Shown one piece after another: positions 50,185-61,055 of a DNA stretch of 64,000 nucleotides (the first letter of the stretch is position 1; every line of letters begins with the position of its first letter). The stretch covers positions 160,001-224,000 of the forward strand of contig JBEKCB010000002.1 in the NCBI GenBank assembly GCA_050015075.1, in the 5' to 3' direction. The notes under the pieces were generated by a model. That model saw only the letters and a list, made by a program, of their open reading frames with translations. It did no database searches and was not told the origin of the DNA. The translations under genes and the position numbers were made by a program. This DNA is from Candidatus Brocadiia bacterium. GTDB taxonomy: Bacteria > Planctomycetota > Brocadiia > CAIUPP01.

Positions 50185-53100
50185 GGTAGACTTCCTCCGT
50201 CGCGGAGACGGTCTCGCGGTCGGTGTCTTCGGCCATCCGCATCCGCTCGAGCGACTTGCGATAATCAATCGGCATGACCTTCACGAAGAGCGGAAGGCTC
50301 GCCTCCCAGTTCGCCAGCACGCGCTGGGCGCGAAGACTGCGGGTGTAACGCCGATGGTTTTCGATCAGCGCCCGCAGCCGCGCCTTGTCCTCTTCCAGCC
50401 AGACGCTTTCCAGGTCCACCATGTCCAGGTTGCAGCAGGTGTCGAGGACGCCGGATTCGTTGAAAACGTACGCGATGCCGCCGCTCATGCCCGCCGCAAA
50501 GTTGTAGCCGGTCGGCCCGAGCACCACCACCGTCCCGCCGGTCATGTACTCGCAACCGTGGTCGCCGAGCCCTTCGACCACCGCCTGCACGCCGCTGTTG
50601 CGGACGGCGAACCGCTCGCCCGCGAGCCCGTTGATATACACTTCGCCGGCGGTCGCGCCATAGAGCGCCACGTTGCCGGCGATCACGTTCTCGTGCGCGA
50701 TGAATCCCGCTGTTGCCGGCGGAACGAGCACGATTCTGCCGCCGGACATTCCTTTGCCGAGATAGTCGTTCGCGTCGCCCTCGACGCGGATGCTGATTCC
50801 CGGCGCCAGGAACGCGCCGAGGCTCTGGCCCGCCGAGCCCTTGAATGAAAGCTCGATGGCGCCTTCCGGCAATCCGCCCGGCCCGAACCGCCGGACGATT
50901 TCGCCGCTGAGCGTGGCGGCCGTGGCGCGGTCCACGTTGCGGATCGGCATCTCCAGCCGCACGGGCTTATGCGCATCGAGCGCCGGCGCGGCCTGCCGCA
51001 GCAACTCGGCGTTGAGCGGCGAAAAAGAATCCAAACCGCCAACGCCGCCGGCTTGATGAACGGAATTCCTCCCGTCGCCGCCGTTCTTCACGCCCTGAGG
51101 ATCATACAGGATCGCGCTGAAATCGAGCCGGCTCGCTTTTCCGCCGCCGGACGGCGCCGGAAACTCCAGCAGGTCCACGCGGCCGATCATCTCGTCCACC
51201 GTCCGGAATCCGAGTTGCGCCATCTGCTCCCGGAACTCCTGGGCGATGAAACGCAGGAAGCGCTCGACGTGCTCCGGCTTTCCGGCGAACCGCGCGCGAA
51301 GCGCGGGGTCCTGCGTGCCGATGCCGACCGAGCAGGTGTTCAGGTGGCACTTGCGGAGCATCACGCAGCCGAGCGACACGAGCACCGGCGTGCCGAAGCC
51401 GAACTCCTCCGCCCCGAGCAGCGCCGCGATGGCCAAGTCGCGCCCGGTGCGCAGTTGCCCGTCCACCTGCACTCGTACGCGGTCGCGCAGCCGGTTCGCG
51501 ATGAGCGTCTGCTGCGTTTCGGCCAGCCCGAGTTCCCACGGCAGGCCCGCGTGCTTGATCGCCGTCAGCGGCGAGGCGCCCGTGCCGCCGTCGTGCCCGG
51601 AGATCAGAATCATGTCCGCCTTCGCCTTGGCCACGCCTGCGGCAATCGTCCCGACGCCGACTTCGCTGACGAGCTTGACCGAGACGCGCGCCCGCGGGTT
51701 CACGCATTTCAGGTCGTGGATCAACTGCGCGATGTCCTCGATCGAGTAGATGTCGTGGTGCGGCGGCGGCGAGATCAGCGTCACGCCCGGCGTGGTGTGC
51801 CGCACGCGCGCGATCTCCGCGCTGACCTTGTGGCCGGGCAACTGGCCGCCTTCGCCGGGCTTGGCGCCCTGGGCGATCTTGATCTGCAGCTCGTCGGCGC
51901 TCATCAGGTATTCGGTCGTCACGCCGAACCGGCCCGAAGCCACCTGCTTGGTGCGCGAGCGCCGGCTGTCGCCGTTCGGCAGCGGCGTGTACCGCGCCGG
52001 GTCCTCGCCGCCCTCGCCGGAATTGCTCCGCGCGCCGAGCCGGTTCATCGCCACGGCGATCGTCTCGTGCGCCTCCTTGCTGATCGAGCCGAACGACATC
52101 GCCGAGGAGGCGAACCGCGGGAGGATCTTCTCCACCGGCTCGACCTCCTCGATCGGGACCGGCTTCGCCGGCTTGAGCCGGAGCAGGCTGCGCAGCGTCA
52201 CGCCCTCGCCGAGCGGCTCGTCCACCGCGCGCGAGTATTCCTTGAAGGCCGCGTAGTCGTTCAGGCGCACCGCCTGTTGAAGGCTGTAGATCGCCTTCGG
52301 GGACCACAAATGCTTCTCGCCGCCGGCGCGGGCGTAATACGCTCCGCCGCCTTCGAGCAGCCGCGGCAGCGGAGAGCCGTTGTTCGGGAACGCCTTGGCG
52401 TGGCGCGCGCGGGCCTCAGCGGCGATTTCCTCCAGGCCGATGCCGCCGACGCGCGAGACGGTGGACGTGAAGTACTTCCCGATCAGCTCCGGCCCGAGGC
52501 CGACCGCCTCGAAGATCTGCGAGCCGCAGAAGCTGCGGATGGTCGAGATGCCCATGCGGCTGAACGTCTTCATCAGCCCCTTCTTGACCGCGGTGATGTA
52601 CGAATCCATCGCCTCATCCGGCGTCGCGGCCTCCTCGAGCATGCCGCTTTCGGCCAGGTCGCGCACGGTGGAGAAGGCGACGTACGGGCAGATGGCGTTT
52701 GCGCCGAACGCCAGCAGCATGCCGAAGTGGATCACCTCGCGCGTCTCGCCGGTCTCGACCAGGATCCCCGCCGCGGTGCGCAGGCCCTTGCGGATCAGGT
52801 GGTGGTGCAGCCCGCTCGCCGCGAGGAGCGAAGGGATCGGCGCGCGCTTCTCGTCCAGCCCGCGGTCGGTCAGGATCAGCAGCGTGGCGCCCTGCGCCAG
52901 GTGTTGCTCGGCCTGAAGAAAGACGGCGTCGAGCGCCGCCTCCAGCGCCTTGCCGTCGCCATCCGCCGGGAAGAGGATGTCCAGGTCCCGCGCGACGACT
53001 TCCGGGTGCTTGACGTTGCGCAGCCGGAGCAGGTCCTCCGGCGTGAGAATCGGGTGATGCAGCTTGAGCTGCCCGCAGTGCTCGGGCGTTTCGGCCAGGA

Positions 53101-54784
53101 GGTTGCGCTCGCGCCCGACGAAGCTCATGAGCGACATCACAAGCTCCTCGCGCAGCGGGTCAATCGGCGGGTTGGTCACCTGGGCGAAGAGCTGCTTGAA
53201 GTACGCGAAGAGCAGTTGCGGCCGGCGCGAGAGCACCGCGAGCGCCGCGTCGTTGCCCATCGAGCCGATGGCCTCCTGCCCGCGCGCGGCCATCGGCGCG
53301 ATGATCATTTTCAGGTCTTCTTCGGTGTATCCGAAGACGCGCTGCTTGCGGCGAAGCACCTCGGGGTCCTCCGGCGGCACCTGCGACGGGGCCAGCAGCC
53401 CGCGCAGCTCGATCCGGCGCTCCTTGACCCAGTGCCGATACGGGCGCTGACGCGAGACCTTCGCCTTGATCTCGTTATCGGGGATGATGCGATGTTCCGA
53501 CAGATCCACGAGGAACATTTTCCCCGGCTGAAGCCGCCCTCGGCTGAGGATGCGGTCGCCGGGAATGTCCAGCACGCCCGTCTCGGAGGCGAGGACGACC
53601 AGCCCGTCGCGCGTGACGGTGTAGCGCGCCGGGCGCAGGCCGTTGCGGTCGAGCGTGGCGCCGATGTTCGATCCGTCCGTGAAGACGAGCGCGGCCGGCC
53701 CGTCCCACGGCTCCATGACGGCGGAATGATATTCGTAGAAAGCGCGCTTGTCCTCGCTCATCAGGAACTTGGCGCCCCACGCCTCGGGCACGAGCATCAT
53801 CATCACGTGAGGCAGCGACCGGCCGCTCATGAGCAGCAGCTCGGCCACATTGTCGAGCACCGCGGAGTCGCTGCCGCCTTCGAGGATGACCGGCTTGATC
53901 TTTTCGAGGTCCGGTCCGAACAGCTCCGAGGCGACCCGCGCCTCCCGCGCATGCATGCGGGTGATGTTGCCTCGCAGGGTGTTGATCTCGCCGTTGTGCG
54001 CGAGAATGCGGAACGGCTGCGCCAAGCGCCACATCGGGAAGGTGTTGGTGCTGTAGCGCTGGTGCACGATGCCGAAGGCGCTCTCGAAGCGCTCGTCGCG
54101 CAAGTCGGGATAGAATTGCGGAAGCTGCGTCGCGGTCAGCATGCCCTTGTAGACGACCGTCCGGCTGGAGAGGCTGGCGACGTAGAACCGGCTGGCGTCT
54201 TCGGCGAATGCGGCGACTTCTTTCTCGACGAGCCGGCGGATGACGTAGAGCTTGCGCTCGAACGCTGCCCGCGGGATCTCGCGCCGCGCGAGGAGGATCT
54301 GCCGCACCTCCGGCTGCGTGGCCTGCGCGAGTTCGCCCAGCGTCGCGGGGTTGACCGCCACGCGCCGCCAGCCGACCACTCCGCACCCTTCCGCCTCGGC
54401 GATGCGCTCGAACGCCTGCACGCAGCGGTCGCGCAGCGCCGCATCCGGCGGCAGGAAAACCATGCCGACGGCGTAGTTTCCCGACCTCGGGAGTTCCAGG
54501 TGAAGGGCCTGGCATTCCGCGCGGAGGAAGCCGTCGGGGATCTGCATCAAGACGCCGGCGCCGTCGCCGGTGCACGTGTCGCCGCCCAGAGCGCCCCGAT
54601 GCTCCAGGTTGATCAGGATGCGGACGGCGTCTTCGACCACCGAATGGCGCGCCACGCCGTCCAGGCGGGCGACGAACCCAACGCCGCAACTGTCGTGCTC
54701 CCAGGCCGAGGTATAAAGCCCTCGCGGCCTGGGAGCACCACTCGCGTCGCACGTCAGAGGGAAAGCGCTGGGCTCAACTGTCAT
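50177..54784 (-). CDS. gltB: glutamate synthase large subunit
   Basis: [47 protein letters not shown] domain. Confidence 0.97.
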   Translation of the reverse strand: MTVEPSAFPLTCDASGAPRPRGLYTSAWEHDSCGVGFVARLDGVARHSVVEDAVRILINLEHRGALGGDTCTGDGAGVLMQIPDGFLRAECQALHLELPRSGNYAVGMVFLPPDAALRDRCVQAFERIAEAEGCGVVGWRRVAVNPATLGELAQATQPEVRQILLARREIPRAAFERKLYVIRRLVEKEVAAFAEDASRFYVASLSSRTVVYKGMLTATQLPQFYPDLRDERFESAFGIVHQRYSTNTFPMWRLAQPFRILAHNGEINTLRGNITRMHAREARVASELFGPDLEKIKPVILEGGSDSAVLDNVAELLLMSGRSLPHVMMMLVPEAWGAKFLMSEDKRAFYEYHSAVMEPWDGPAALVFTDGSNIGATLDRNGLRPARYTVTRDGLVVLASETGVLDIPGDRILSRGRLQPGKMFLVDLSEHRIIPDNEIKAKVSRQRPYRHWVKERRIELRGLLAPSQVPPEDPEVLRRKQRVFGYTEEDLKMIIAPMAARGQEAIGSMGNDAALAVLSRRPQLLFAYFKQLFAQVTNPPIDPLREELVMSLMSFVGRERNLLAETPEHCGQLKLHHPILTPEDLLRLRNVKHPEVVARDLDILFPADGDGKALEAALDAVFLQAEQHLAQGATLLILTDRGLDEKRAPIPSLLAASGLHHHLIRKGLRTAAGILVETGETREVIHFGMLLAFGANAICPYVAFSTVRDLAESGMLEEAATPDEAMDSYITAVKKGLMKTFSRMGISTIRSFCGSQIFEAVGLGPELIGKYFTSTVSRVGGIGLEEIAAEARARHAKAFPNNGSPLPRLLEGGGAYYARAGGEKHLWSPKAIYSLQQAVRLNDYAAFKEYSRAVDEPLGEGVTLRSLLRLKPAKPVPIEEVEPVEKILPRFASSAMSFGSISKEAHETIAVAMNRLGARSNSGEGGEDPARYTPLPNGDSRRSRTKQVASGRFGVTTEYLMSADELQIKIAQGAKPGEGGQLPGHKVSAEIARVRHTTPGVTLISPPPHHDIYSIEDIAQLIHDLKCVNPRARVSVKLVSEVGVGTIAAGVAKAKADMILISGHDGGTGASPLTAIKHAGLPWELGLAETQQTLIANRLRDRVRVQVDGQLRTGRDLAIAALLGAEEFGFGTPVLVSLGCVMLRKCHLNTCSVGIGTQDPALRARFAGKPEHVERFLRFIAQEFREQMAQLGFRTVDEMIGRVDLLEFPAPSGGGKASRLDFSAILYDPQGVKNGGDGRNSVHQAGGVGGLDSFSPLNAELLRQAAPALDAHKPVRLEMPIRNVDRATAATLSGEIVRRFGPGGLPEGAIELSFKGSAGQSLGAFLAPGISIRVEGDANDYLGKGMSGGRIVLVPPATAGFIAHENVIAGNVALYGATAGEVYINGLAGERFAVRNSGVQAVVEGLGDHGCEYMTGGTVVVLGPTGYNFAAGMSGGIAYVFNESGVLDTCCNLDMVDLESVWLEEDKARLRALIENHRRYTRSLRAQRVLANWEASLPLFVKVMPIDYRKSLERMRMAEDTDRETVSATEEVYHG

Positions 54785-56186
54785 AATACAGGTGGAACTC
54801 GTACGGGTGCGGCCGCAGGTGCATCGGATCGAGTTCCTTTTCCTTCTTCCAGGTGACCCACGCTTCGACGAGGTCCTCGGTGAACACGCCGCCGTCGAGG
54901 AGGAATGCGTGGTCCTTCTCGAGCGCCGCGATGGCTTCCTCGAGCGAGCCGGGCGTCTTGCGCGTGCCGGCGAGTTCCTCCGGGCTCATCTCGTAGATAT
55001 CGCGGTCGAGCGGCTTGCCCGGGTCGGTGCGGTGCTTGATGCCGTCGAGCGCGGCCATCATGATCGCGGCGAAGGTCAGGTACGGGTTGCAGCTCGGGTC
55101 GGGGCAGCGGAACTCAACGCGCCGGGCCTTCGGGTTCTGGGTGTACATCGGGATGCGGCACGAGGCGGAGCGGTTGCGCGCGGAGAGGCACAGGTTGACG
55201 GGGGCCTCGAAGCCGGGCACCAGGCGGCGGTACGAGTTGGTCGTCGGCGCGGCGAAGGCCAGGATCGCCGGGGCGTGCTTGAGAATGCCGCCGATGGCGT
55301 GAAGGCCCAGGTCGCTCAAGCCGGCGTACTTCGGCCCGGCGAAGAGGTTCTTTCCGCCCTTCCAGAGCGAGGTGTGCGTGTGCATGCCGCTGCCGTTGTC
55401 CTCGAAGATCGGCTTGGGCATGAAAGTCACGGTCTTGCCGGCCTTCTTGGCGACGTTCTTGCAGATGTACTTGTACCACATCACTTGGTCGCCCATACGG
55501 AGGAGGTTGCGGAACCTCATGTCAATCTCGCTCTGCCCGGCGGTGGCCACTTCGTGGTGGTGGGCCTCGACCTGGATGCCGACCTTGCGCATCTCGTAGA
55601 CCATCTCGCCGCGCAGATTGTGATACGTGTCGGTCGGGCTGACCGGGAAGTAGCCGCCCTTGAAGCTGGGCTTGTAGCCCAGGTTCGGCTCCTCGAAGCG
55701 GGCCGAGTTCCACGCGCCCTCGATCGAGTCAATCTTGTACATCCCGGTGTGCTGGTTCTGCTCGAAGCGGACCTCGTCGAAGATGAAGAACTCCAGCTCC
55801 GGGCCGATGTAGCAGGTGTCGGCGATGCCCGTCTTCTTCAGGAACGCCTCGGCCTTCTTCGCGACGTGGCGCGGGTCGCGGCTGTACTTCCCGCGCGTGA
55901 CCGGGTCCACGATGTCCGCGATCACGCTCACCGTCGGCCTGTCGAAGAACGGGTCCATGCACGCGGTGTCCGCCTCGGGCACCGCCATCATGTCCGACAT
56001 GTGGATCCCCTGCCAGCCGCGGATCGAGGAGCCGTCGAACCCGAGCCCCTCGACGAACGTGCCTTCGTCCAGCACGTCAATCGGGAACGAACAATGCTGC
56101 CATGATCCGAGAAGGTCCACGAACTTCAGGTCCACCATCTCCGAGCCGTTCTTCTTCATGTACGCGAAAAATTGCTTGGGCGTCAT
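54774..56186 (-). CDS. glnA: glutamine synthetase type I
   Basis: [46 protein letters not shown] adenylylation loop. Confidence 0.97.
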   Translation of the reverse strand: MTPKQFFAYMKKNGSEMVDLKFVDLLGSWQHCSFPIDVLDEGTFVEGLGFDGSSIRGWQGIHMSDMMAVPEADTACMDPFFDRPTVSVIADIVDPVTRGKYSRDPRHVAKKAEAFLKKTGIADTCYIGPELEFFIFDEVRFEQNQHTGMYKIDSIEGAWNSARFEEPNLGYKPSFKGGYFPVSPTDTYHNLRGEMVYEMRKVGIQVEAHHHEVATAGQSEIDMRFRNLLRMGDQVMWYKYICKNVAKKAGKTVTFMPKPIFEDNGSGMHTHTSLWKGGKNLFAGPKYAGLSDLGLHAIGGILKHAPAILAFAAPTTNSYRRLVPGFEAPVNLCLSARNRSASCRIPMYTQNPKARRVEFRCPDPSCNPYLTFAAIMMAALDGIKHRTDPGKPLDRDIYEMSPEELAGTRKTPGSLEEAIAALEKDHAFLLDGGVFTEDLVEAWVTWKKEKELDPMHLRPHPYEFHLYYDS

Positions 56187-56314
56187 TCACGTCTCCTTTC
56201 CAAGGCCGATGGAACGCCGCGCTTCGGCGTGGCCGGTGATCGGACGCGACAGCGCAAGTCGCTCCATCATGTAGGACGGAATTGGCGACAGGGCCAGAGC
56301 ACTGGCGTGGCATT

Positions 56315-56330
56315 CGCAAACAACGTGCCA
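56315..56330 (-). promoter_or_regulatory. sigma54 promoter TGGCAC-N5-TTGCG (glnA)
   Basis: canonical -24/-12 spacing. Confidence 0.8.
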
Positions 56331-56404
56331 CACCCTGCGTCCGCAAGAAACGTATTATACAAACGCTTCGGCCCGAAAACAACCTGAAAATGGCCGATAA
56401 AAGG

Positions 56405-56448
56405 CTACCGTTTCGTATGTTTTTTGCGCAAAAAATACCGAAATGTAT
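56405..56448. promoter_or_regulatory. two TAC-N6-GTA palindromes 30 bp apart, putative activator sites for glnA
   Basis: CTACcgtttcGTAT and ATACcgaaatGTAT. Confidence 0.6.
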
Positions 56449-56469
56449 GAACTTATTTCTCGCGTCCGA

Positions 56470-56811
56470 TTATCCGATGGCGTCATGGCCCTCTTCGCCC
56501 GTTCGGATCCGCACGCATCGTTCCAGCGGCAGCACGAAGATCTTGCCGTCGCCGAGCTCTCCCGTGCGGGCGCCCTTGGTCAGAGCGTTGATGGCCGGTT
56601 GAACGAAATCGTCATTGACCGCGATTTCCAGGCGAATCTTGCGCAACAGGTTCCCGCCCTCTTTGATACCGCGGTAGACCTCGGTCACTCCCTTCTGCCG
56701 GCCGTGACCCACGACTTCGCTGACCGTAATCAGGTTCACATCGGCCGCATACAGCGCCTGCTTGACTTCCTCGAGCCGGTACGGCTGAATAATGGCGACG
56801 ATCAACTTCAT
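56470..56811 (-). CDS. glnK: PII nitrogen regulator
   Basis: GHGRQKG.TEVYRG, TGELGDGKIFV, RIRTGE; follows amtB. Confidence 0.92.
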   Translation of the reverse strand: MKLIVAIIQPYRLEEVKQALYAADVNLITVSEVVGHGRQKGVTEVYRGIKEGGNLLRKIRLEIAVNDDFVQPAINALTKGARTGELGDGKIFVLPLERCVRIRTGEEGHDAIG

Positions 56812-56820
56812 GTGGGGTTC

Positions 56821-58056
56821 CTATTCCAGCACGGTGTAAGCCGCCTCGCGGTGCTGGCTCAGATCCAGCCCGAGCAGCTCGTCCCTCTCCGCCACGCGCA
56901 AGCCGACGAAGCGGTCCACGAGTTTGTAGATGATCAAGGTCGAGACGAAGGCGTATGCGGCGGTCGCGCCAACGCCCGCGGCCTGCACCAGCAGTTGCCT
57001 AGGGTTCCCGTAGAAAAGTCCGTTCGCGCCGGCGGCGTTGATGGCCGTGCTGGCGAACAAGCCCGTCAGCAAGGCGCCCAGCGTTCCGCCGACGCCATGG
57101 ACACCGAATGCGTCGAGCGCGTCGTCGTAGCCGGCTTTCGCCTTCAGTACCGTCACCGCGAAGAAACAGACCACGCCGACGGCCACGCCGATGATGATTG
57201 CCGACACCGGACCTACGAACCCCGCCGCCGGCGTGATCGCCACCAGCCCCGCCACCGCGCCGGTCGCGATGCCGAACATCGTCGGCTTCCCGTTCCACAC
57301 CGAGTCCATAAACGCCCAGGCCAGGCCCGCAGCCGCGGCGGCGGTGTTCGTGACCACGAAGGCGCTGGTGGCCAGGCTGCCGGCGGACAGCGCGCTGCCC
57401 GCGTTGAACCCGAACCAGCCGAACCACAGCATGGCCGCGCCCAACACAGTCAGCGGAAGATTGTGCGGCGGACTGGCTACGCCGCTGTATCCTTTCCGTC
57501 GGCCGATCATCAGCGCCGTCGCCAGCGCCGAGACGCCCGAGATGACGTGCACCACCGTCCCGCCTGCAAAATCAAGCACGCCCATGTTGTGCAACCAGCC
57601 GCCGACTCCCCAGACCCAGTGGCAAACCGGGTCGTAGACGAACGTCGCCCAGAGGAGCGTAAAGAGCAGGAACGCGGAGAATTTCATCCGCTCCGCGAAC
57701 GCCCCGATGATCAAGGCCGGCGTGATGACCGCAAACATCGCCTGGAAAATCATGAACGCCTGGTGCGGGATCGTCGCCGCGTAGTCCGGGTAAGGCTGCC
57801 CGCCGACCCCGTTCAGCCCGATCCACGAGAGCCCGCCGATGAACCAGTTTCCGGGCGAGAACGCGAGACTGTAGCCGAAGAGCACCCATTGCACGCTCAC
57901 CAGGCACAGGATCACGCAGCACTGCATCAGGATGCCCAGTATGTTCTTGCGCCGAACCATGCCCCCATAGAAGAAGGCCAGTCCCGGCGTCATCAGCATG
58001 ACCAGGCCGGCGCAGATCAAAACAAATGCGGTGTCGCCCGCGTTGACCGCGTTCAT
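56821..58056 (-). CDS. amtB: ammonium transporter
   Basis: MTPGLAFFYGG, DFAGGTVVH, WFGWFGFNAGS, DDALDAFGVHG. Confidence 0.96.
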   Translation of the reverse strand: MNAVNAGDTAFVLICAGLVMLMTPGLAFFYGGMVRRKNILGILMQCCVILCLVSVQWVLFGYSLAFSPGNWFIGGLSWIGLNGVGGQPYPDYAATIPHQAFMIFQAMFAVITPALIIGAFAERMKFSAFLLFTLLWATFVYDPVCHWVWGVGGWLHNMGVLDFAGGTVVHVISGVSALATALMIGRRKGYSGVASPPHNLPLTVLGAAMLWFGWFGFNAGSALSAGSLATSAFVVTNTAAAAAGLAWAFMDSVWNGKPTMFGIATGAVAGLVAITPAAGFVGPVSAIIIGVAVGVVCFFAVTVLKAKAGYDDALDAFGVHGVGGTLGALLTGLFASTAINAAGANGLFYGNPRQLLVQAAGVGATAAYAFVSTLIIYKLVDRFVGLRVAERDELLGLDLSQHREAAYTVLE

Positions 58057-58338
58057 CCGCTCTCATCCTTTCCCAAAACCATGCGCATCACAAACCGGGT
58101 CCGCCGAACCGAAACCGGAGAAGATGTCTTTGGGCGGCGAGGCTGTCGCTTCCCAGAAAGGCTTGAATTCGGCAGTTCTCAAGGCTGCCCGGCTCGGCAG
58201 GGTGAACGATAATCCGCATCAACTGCTCCGCGGGCGTCTTCGGCCCCGGCGGTTTCGCAGGCGGCCCATCGGCCTTCGATTCGCCCGGCGGTTTCATCGT
58301 GATGACCTTTCAATCCGGACACAGTTACGCTCGGTGTA

Positions 58339-58354
58339 TGCAAGTCATGTGCCA
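58339..58354 (-). promoter_or_regulatory. sigma54 promoter TGGCAC-N5-TTGCA (amtB)
   Basis: exact consensus. Confidence 0.85.
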
Positions 58355-58462
58355 AGTTGGGAAGGATCGGACTGGGAGGACAGAATGCAGCAGAAGTTGC
58401 GGCATCAATGAGACTTACAGAATGCGGCCTCGCCGTGCGCCTACAGTTTCACCATGCGCCAC

Positions 58463-58482
58463 ATCCTACCAAACGGTAGGAT
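58463..58482. promoter_or_regulatory. palindrome ATCCTACC-AAAC-GGTAGGAT, putative activator site for amtB
   Basis: CTAC-N6-GTAG core about 110 bp upstream of the -24 box. Confidence 0.65.
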
Positions 58483-58522
58483 AGGCACCGGGAAAACTGA
58501 GCCTGCGAAGCGGCTCCGGCGG

Positions 58523-58861
58523 TTACAGCGCCTGGTCGCCGCGCTCGTTCGTTCGTATCCGCACGGCGTCCGCGACGGGGTGGATGAAGATCTTGCCGTC
58601 GCCGACTTCGCCGGTGCGGGCGGCATCGCAGATGGCGCTGACGATCCCCTCCACGTCTTCATCTTTCGCCACGACCTGGATAACGGCCTTGGTGAGAAAT
58701 TCCAGTTTGTAGGTCTTGCCGCGGAACTGCTGCTCGACGCCCCGTTGGGTGCCGTGGCCCTCGATCTCGCTGACCATGACGCCGGGATGGCCGACCTTGT
58801 CCAGGGCCGTGCATACGTCGCCGACTTTCGTGGTGCGGACGACCGCTTCGATTCTCTTCAC
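58523..58861 (-). CDS. PII family protein
   Basis: GHGTQRG..QQFRG, ARTGEVGDGKIF, RIRT; GTG start after AAGGAG. Confidence 0.9.
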   Translation of the reverse strand: MKRIEAVVRTTKVGDVCTALDKVGHPGVMVSEIEGHGTQRGVEQQFRGKTYKLEFLTKAVIQVVAKDEDVEGIVSAICDAARTGEVGDGKIFIHPVADAVRIRTNERGDQAL

Positions 58862-58906
58862 TATTATGCTCCTTGGGGCCGTTTCATAAGAGCGGTTGTC
58901 TGCTCT

Positions 58907-58975
58907 TCATTCCCGCGCGCGCGGGAATCCGGACGTTCGGCGTACGGCTCTGGATTCCCGCTTGGCCGGGAATGA
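58907..58975. repeat. inverted pair of ATTCCC-N8-GGGAAT palindromes (REP/dRS3-like)
   Basis: tcattcccgcgcgcgcgggaatcc...ggattcccgcttggccgggaatga. Confidence 0.75.
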
Positions 58976-59141
58976 CACAGAGACCTGATGCGCTTCTCCG
59001 CGGCCAAGGCGACCGCCAATTCCAGATAGTGGGTTCGTGACACGGGGAACTGGGACAGTTTCTCAGGAGCGTAGCGAAACATTTCACACCCTTAAACGTT
59101 GAATGACCGCGCATTACTCGAGTGATTTCCGGGGCACCGCA

Positions 59142-61034
59142 CTATATGGCCCTCACGCCTTTCTCTCCGGTGCGGATGCGCATGGCGTCGGAGGCGTCGA
59201 TAACGAAGATTTTCCCATCGCCGACGTTGCCGTTGCCCGTGTTGCCCGTGCGCGCGCCCTCGCCGACGAGGTCCATGACGCGCGGCACGTCCCAGTCCTT
59301 CACCACGAGGTCCACCCGGAGCTTGGAGACGAACGTGATCCGGCCGCCGTTGCCGTTGCCGCCGGGATCCCCGTCCGCATGGCCTTTCTGCCGACCGAAC
59401 CCTTTCACCTTCGTCACCGTCATGCCCATGATGAGGTCCTCGTCCTTGAGCGCCTCGACGACGAGCTGAAGCTGCTCCGGCCGGATCATGCAGGAGACCA
59501 TTTTCATGTTGTACGTCTTTTGCACGGTCGTCACCGCGACGTAGACCAGGCTGACCATCAGCCAGGCGCCCGCGATGATGAGGCAGATCAGCGCTTCTTT
59601 TTTCGAGTCGCCGCCGCCGATGATGCCCAGGTAGAGGATGGCCGCGAGCATCACCGCGTTGGTGAGGACGCCCATCACAGGAACGATGCCGTGTTTGAGG
59701 AGGCTGAAATCCTTTCGGCCCTTGAAGGCCACCACGGTCCACGCGCAGGTCAATCCGTAGAGCACGAAGGTCCCGAAGTTGGAGGCGAGCGTGATGCCGG
59801 TCAGGCCGACGACGTTGCGCACGCCGATCGCCGCGATGCCGGAGGTGACGAGGATCAGGACCCCGAGCGCAATGTGCGGCGTGGCGTGCTGGTCGTGAAT
59901 GAAGCTGAGTGACCGGGGCAGCTCGCGGTCCTCCGCCATGCCGCAACTGACGCGCATGGCCGTGTTCATGCAGCTCAGGGTTGTGCCGACAATGGCGATG
60001 GCCACGGTGATCGCCATGGTGATCATCAGCCCGAAGCCGAAGCCGGGGATGACCGCGTTGCCGAGGAGCTTCGTCATATCGCCCAGCGGCGCGCTGGAGG
60101 CCGCGGCGGCCGCCATCCCGGTCACGCCGCCCGTCCCGGCCAGTTTGTCGCTGACCATGTATCCGGCGGCGAAGTACTCGAACAGGTACGCGAACAATCC
60201 CTGGATCATGAGCGAGATAATAATGGCCTTCGGGATGGTGGTCTTCGGATCCTTGGTCTCCGCCGCCAGCGCGGTGCAGCTTTCAAACCCGACCAGGATC
60301 AGGATCGCCAGCGTGGACTGAACCAGGACGCCGCTGAACGAGTGCGGCTTGACGATGTCCCACGCGCCGGTGAACGACCATGCGGCGGCATGTGCCGGGT
60401 TCGCAACGCGGTACCAGATCGCCAGGCCGCTGAAGAAGACGAGCGCGACCAGCTGAATGACGTTGATCCACAGCGCCGTCCGGGTTGACCCGGTTACGCC
60501 CCGGTAGGCGATATATCCGGTCACGGCGGCGAAGACGATTCCGATCAGGGTCAGCGCCTCCGGGGACAACTCCTTCCCCGAAAACTGCGAATAGATGTAC
60601 CCGATCAGTATCGCCATCATGGCGACCATGATTCCCGGGTAGACCCAGTAGAAGAGGTGCGCGGACCAGCCGGTGGCGAGTTTCGCCATGCGCGCCAGAG
60701 ATTGTGGTCCGCTCGATTTTTCTCCCCGGCTGTCCAGAAAGGCCTTTTCCGCGAAATACGTGCAACTGGCAAAGCCGGCCTCCGGGTACAGCCGCGCCAG
60801 TTGCGAATACGAGTACGCCGTCAGGAACGCCACGCCGAGAGCCACCACGATGCCGAACCACATGTCGTTCGCCACCGACGCGCCGCTGGGAGCGGTTGCG
60901 GCCGCCTGCATCTGAATCGTGATCCAGAGAAACGCGCCCGGAGCGATCAGCGCCATCGCATTGACCGTGGCGCCGACCAATCCGAGCGTCGGCTTTATGC
61001 CGGAAGACGTCCGCAGTCCGATGGGGGTCGCCAT
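59142..61034 (-). CDS. APC-family amino acid/amine permease fused to a C-terminal PII domain
   Basis: IAPGAFLW and VGFESCTALAAETKDP APC motifs; in-frame tail MKMV..IRP..GFGRQKG..GDGKIFV..RIRTGE. Confidence 0.88.
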   Translation of the reverse strand: MATPIGLRTSSGIKPTLGLVGATVNAMALIAPGAFLWITIQMQAAATAPSGASVANDMWFGIVVALGVAFLTAYSYSQLARLYPEAGFASCTYFAEKAFLDSRGEKSSGPQSLARMAKLATGWSAHLFYWVYPGIMVAMMAILIGYIYSQFSGKELSPEALTLIGIVFAAVTGYIAYRGVTGSTRTALWINVIQLVALVFFSGLAIWYRVANPAHAAAWSFTGAWDIVKPHSFSGVLVQSTLAILILVGFESCTALAAETKDPKTTIPKAIIISLMIQGLFAYLFEYFAAGYMVSDKLAGTGGVTGMAAAAASSAPLGDMTKLLGNAVIPGFGFGLMITMAITVAIAIVGTTLSCMNTAMRVSCGMAEDRELPRSLSFIHDQHATPHIALGVLILVTSGIAAIGVRNVVGLTGITLASNFGTFVLYGLTCAWTVVAFKGRKDFSLLKHGIVPVMGVLTNAVMLAAILYLGIIGGGDSKKEALICLIIAGAWLMVSLVYVAVTTVQKTYNMKMVSCMIRPEQLQLVVEALKDEDLIMGMTVTKVKGFGRQKGHADGDPGGNGNGGRITFVSKLRVDLVVKDWDVPRVMDLVGEGARTGNTGNGNVGDGKIFVIDASDAMRIRTGEKGVRAI

Positions 61035-61055
61035 CCGAGACTCCTTTTCCAAAAG

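Noticed and set aside
50969-54856. 1295-aa ORF on the + strand
   Set aside because: Antisense shadow of gltB caused by GC-rich codon bias; no motifs
58150-58215. Glutamine (glnA) riboswitch, suggested by ATCGTTCA on the minus strand
   Set aside because: The GGAAGTA and GAAGGAACG elements are missing
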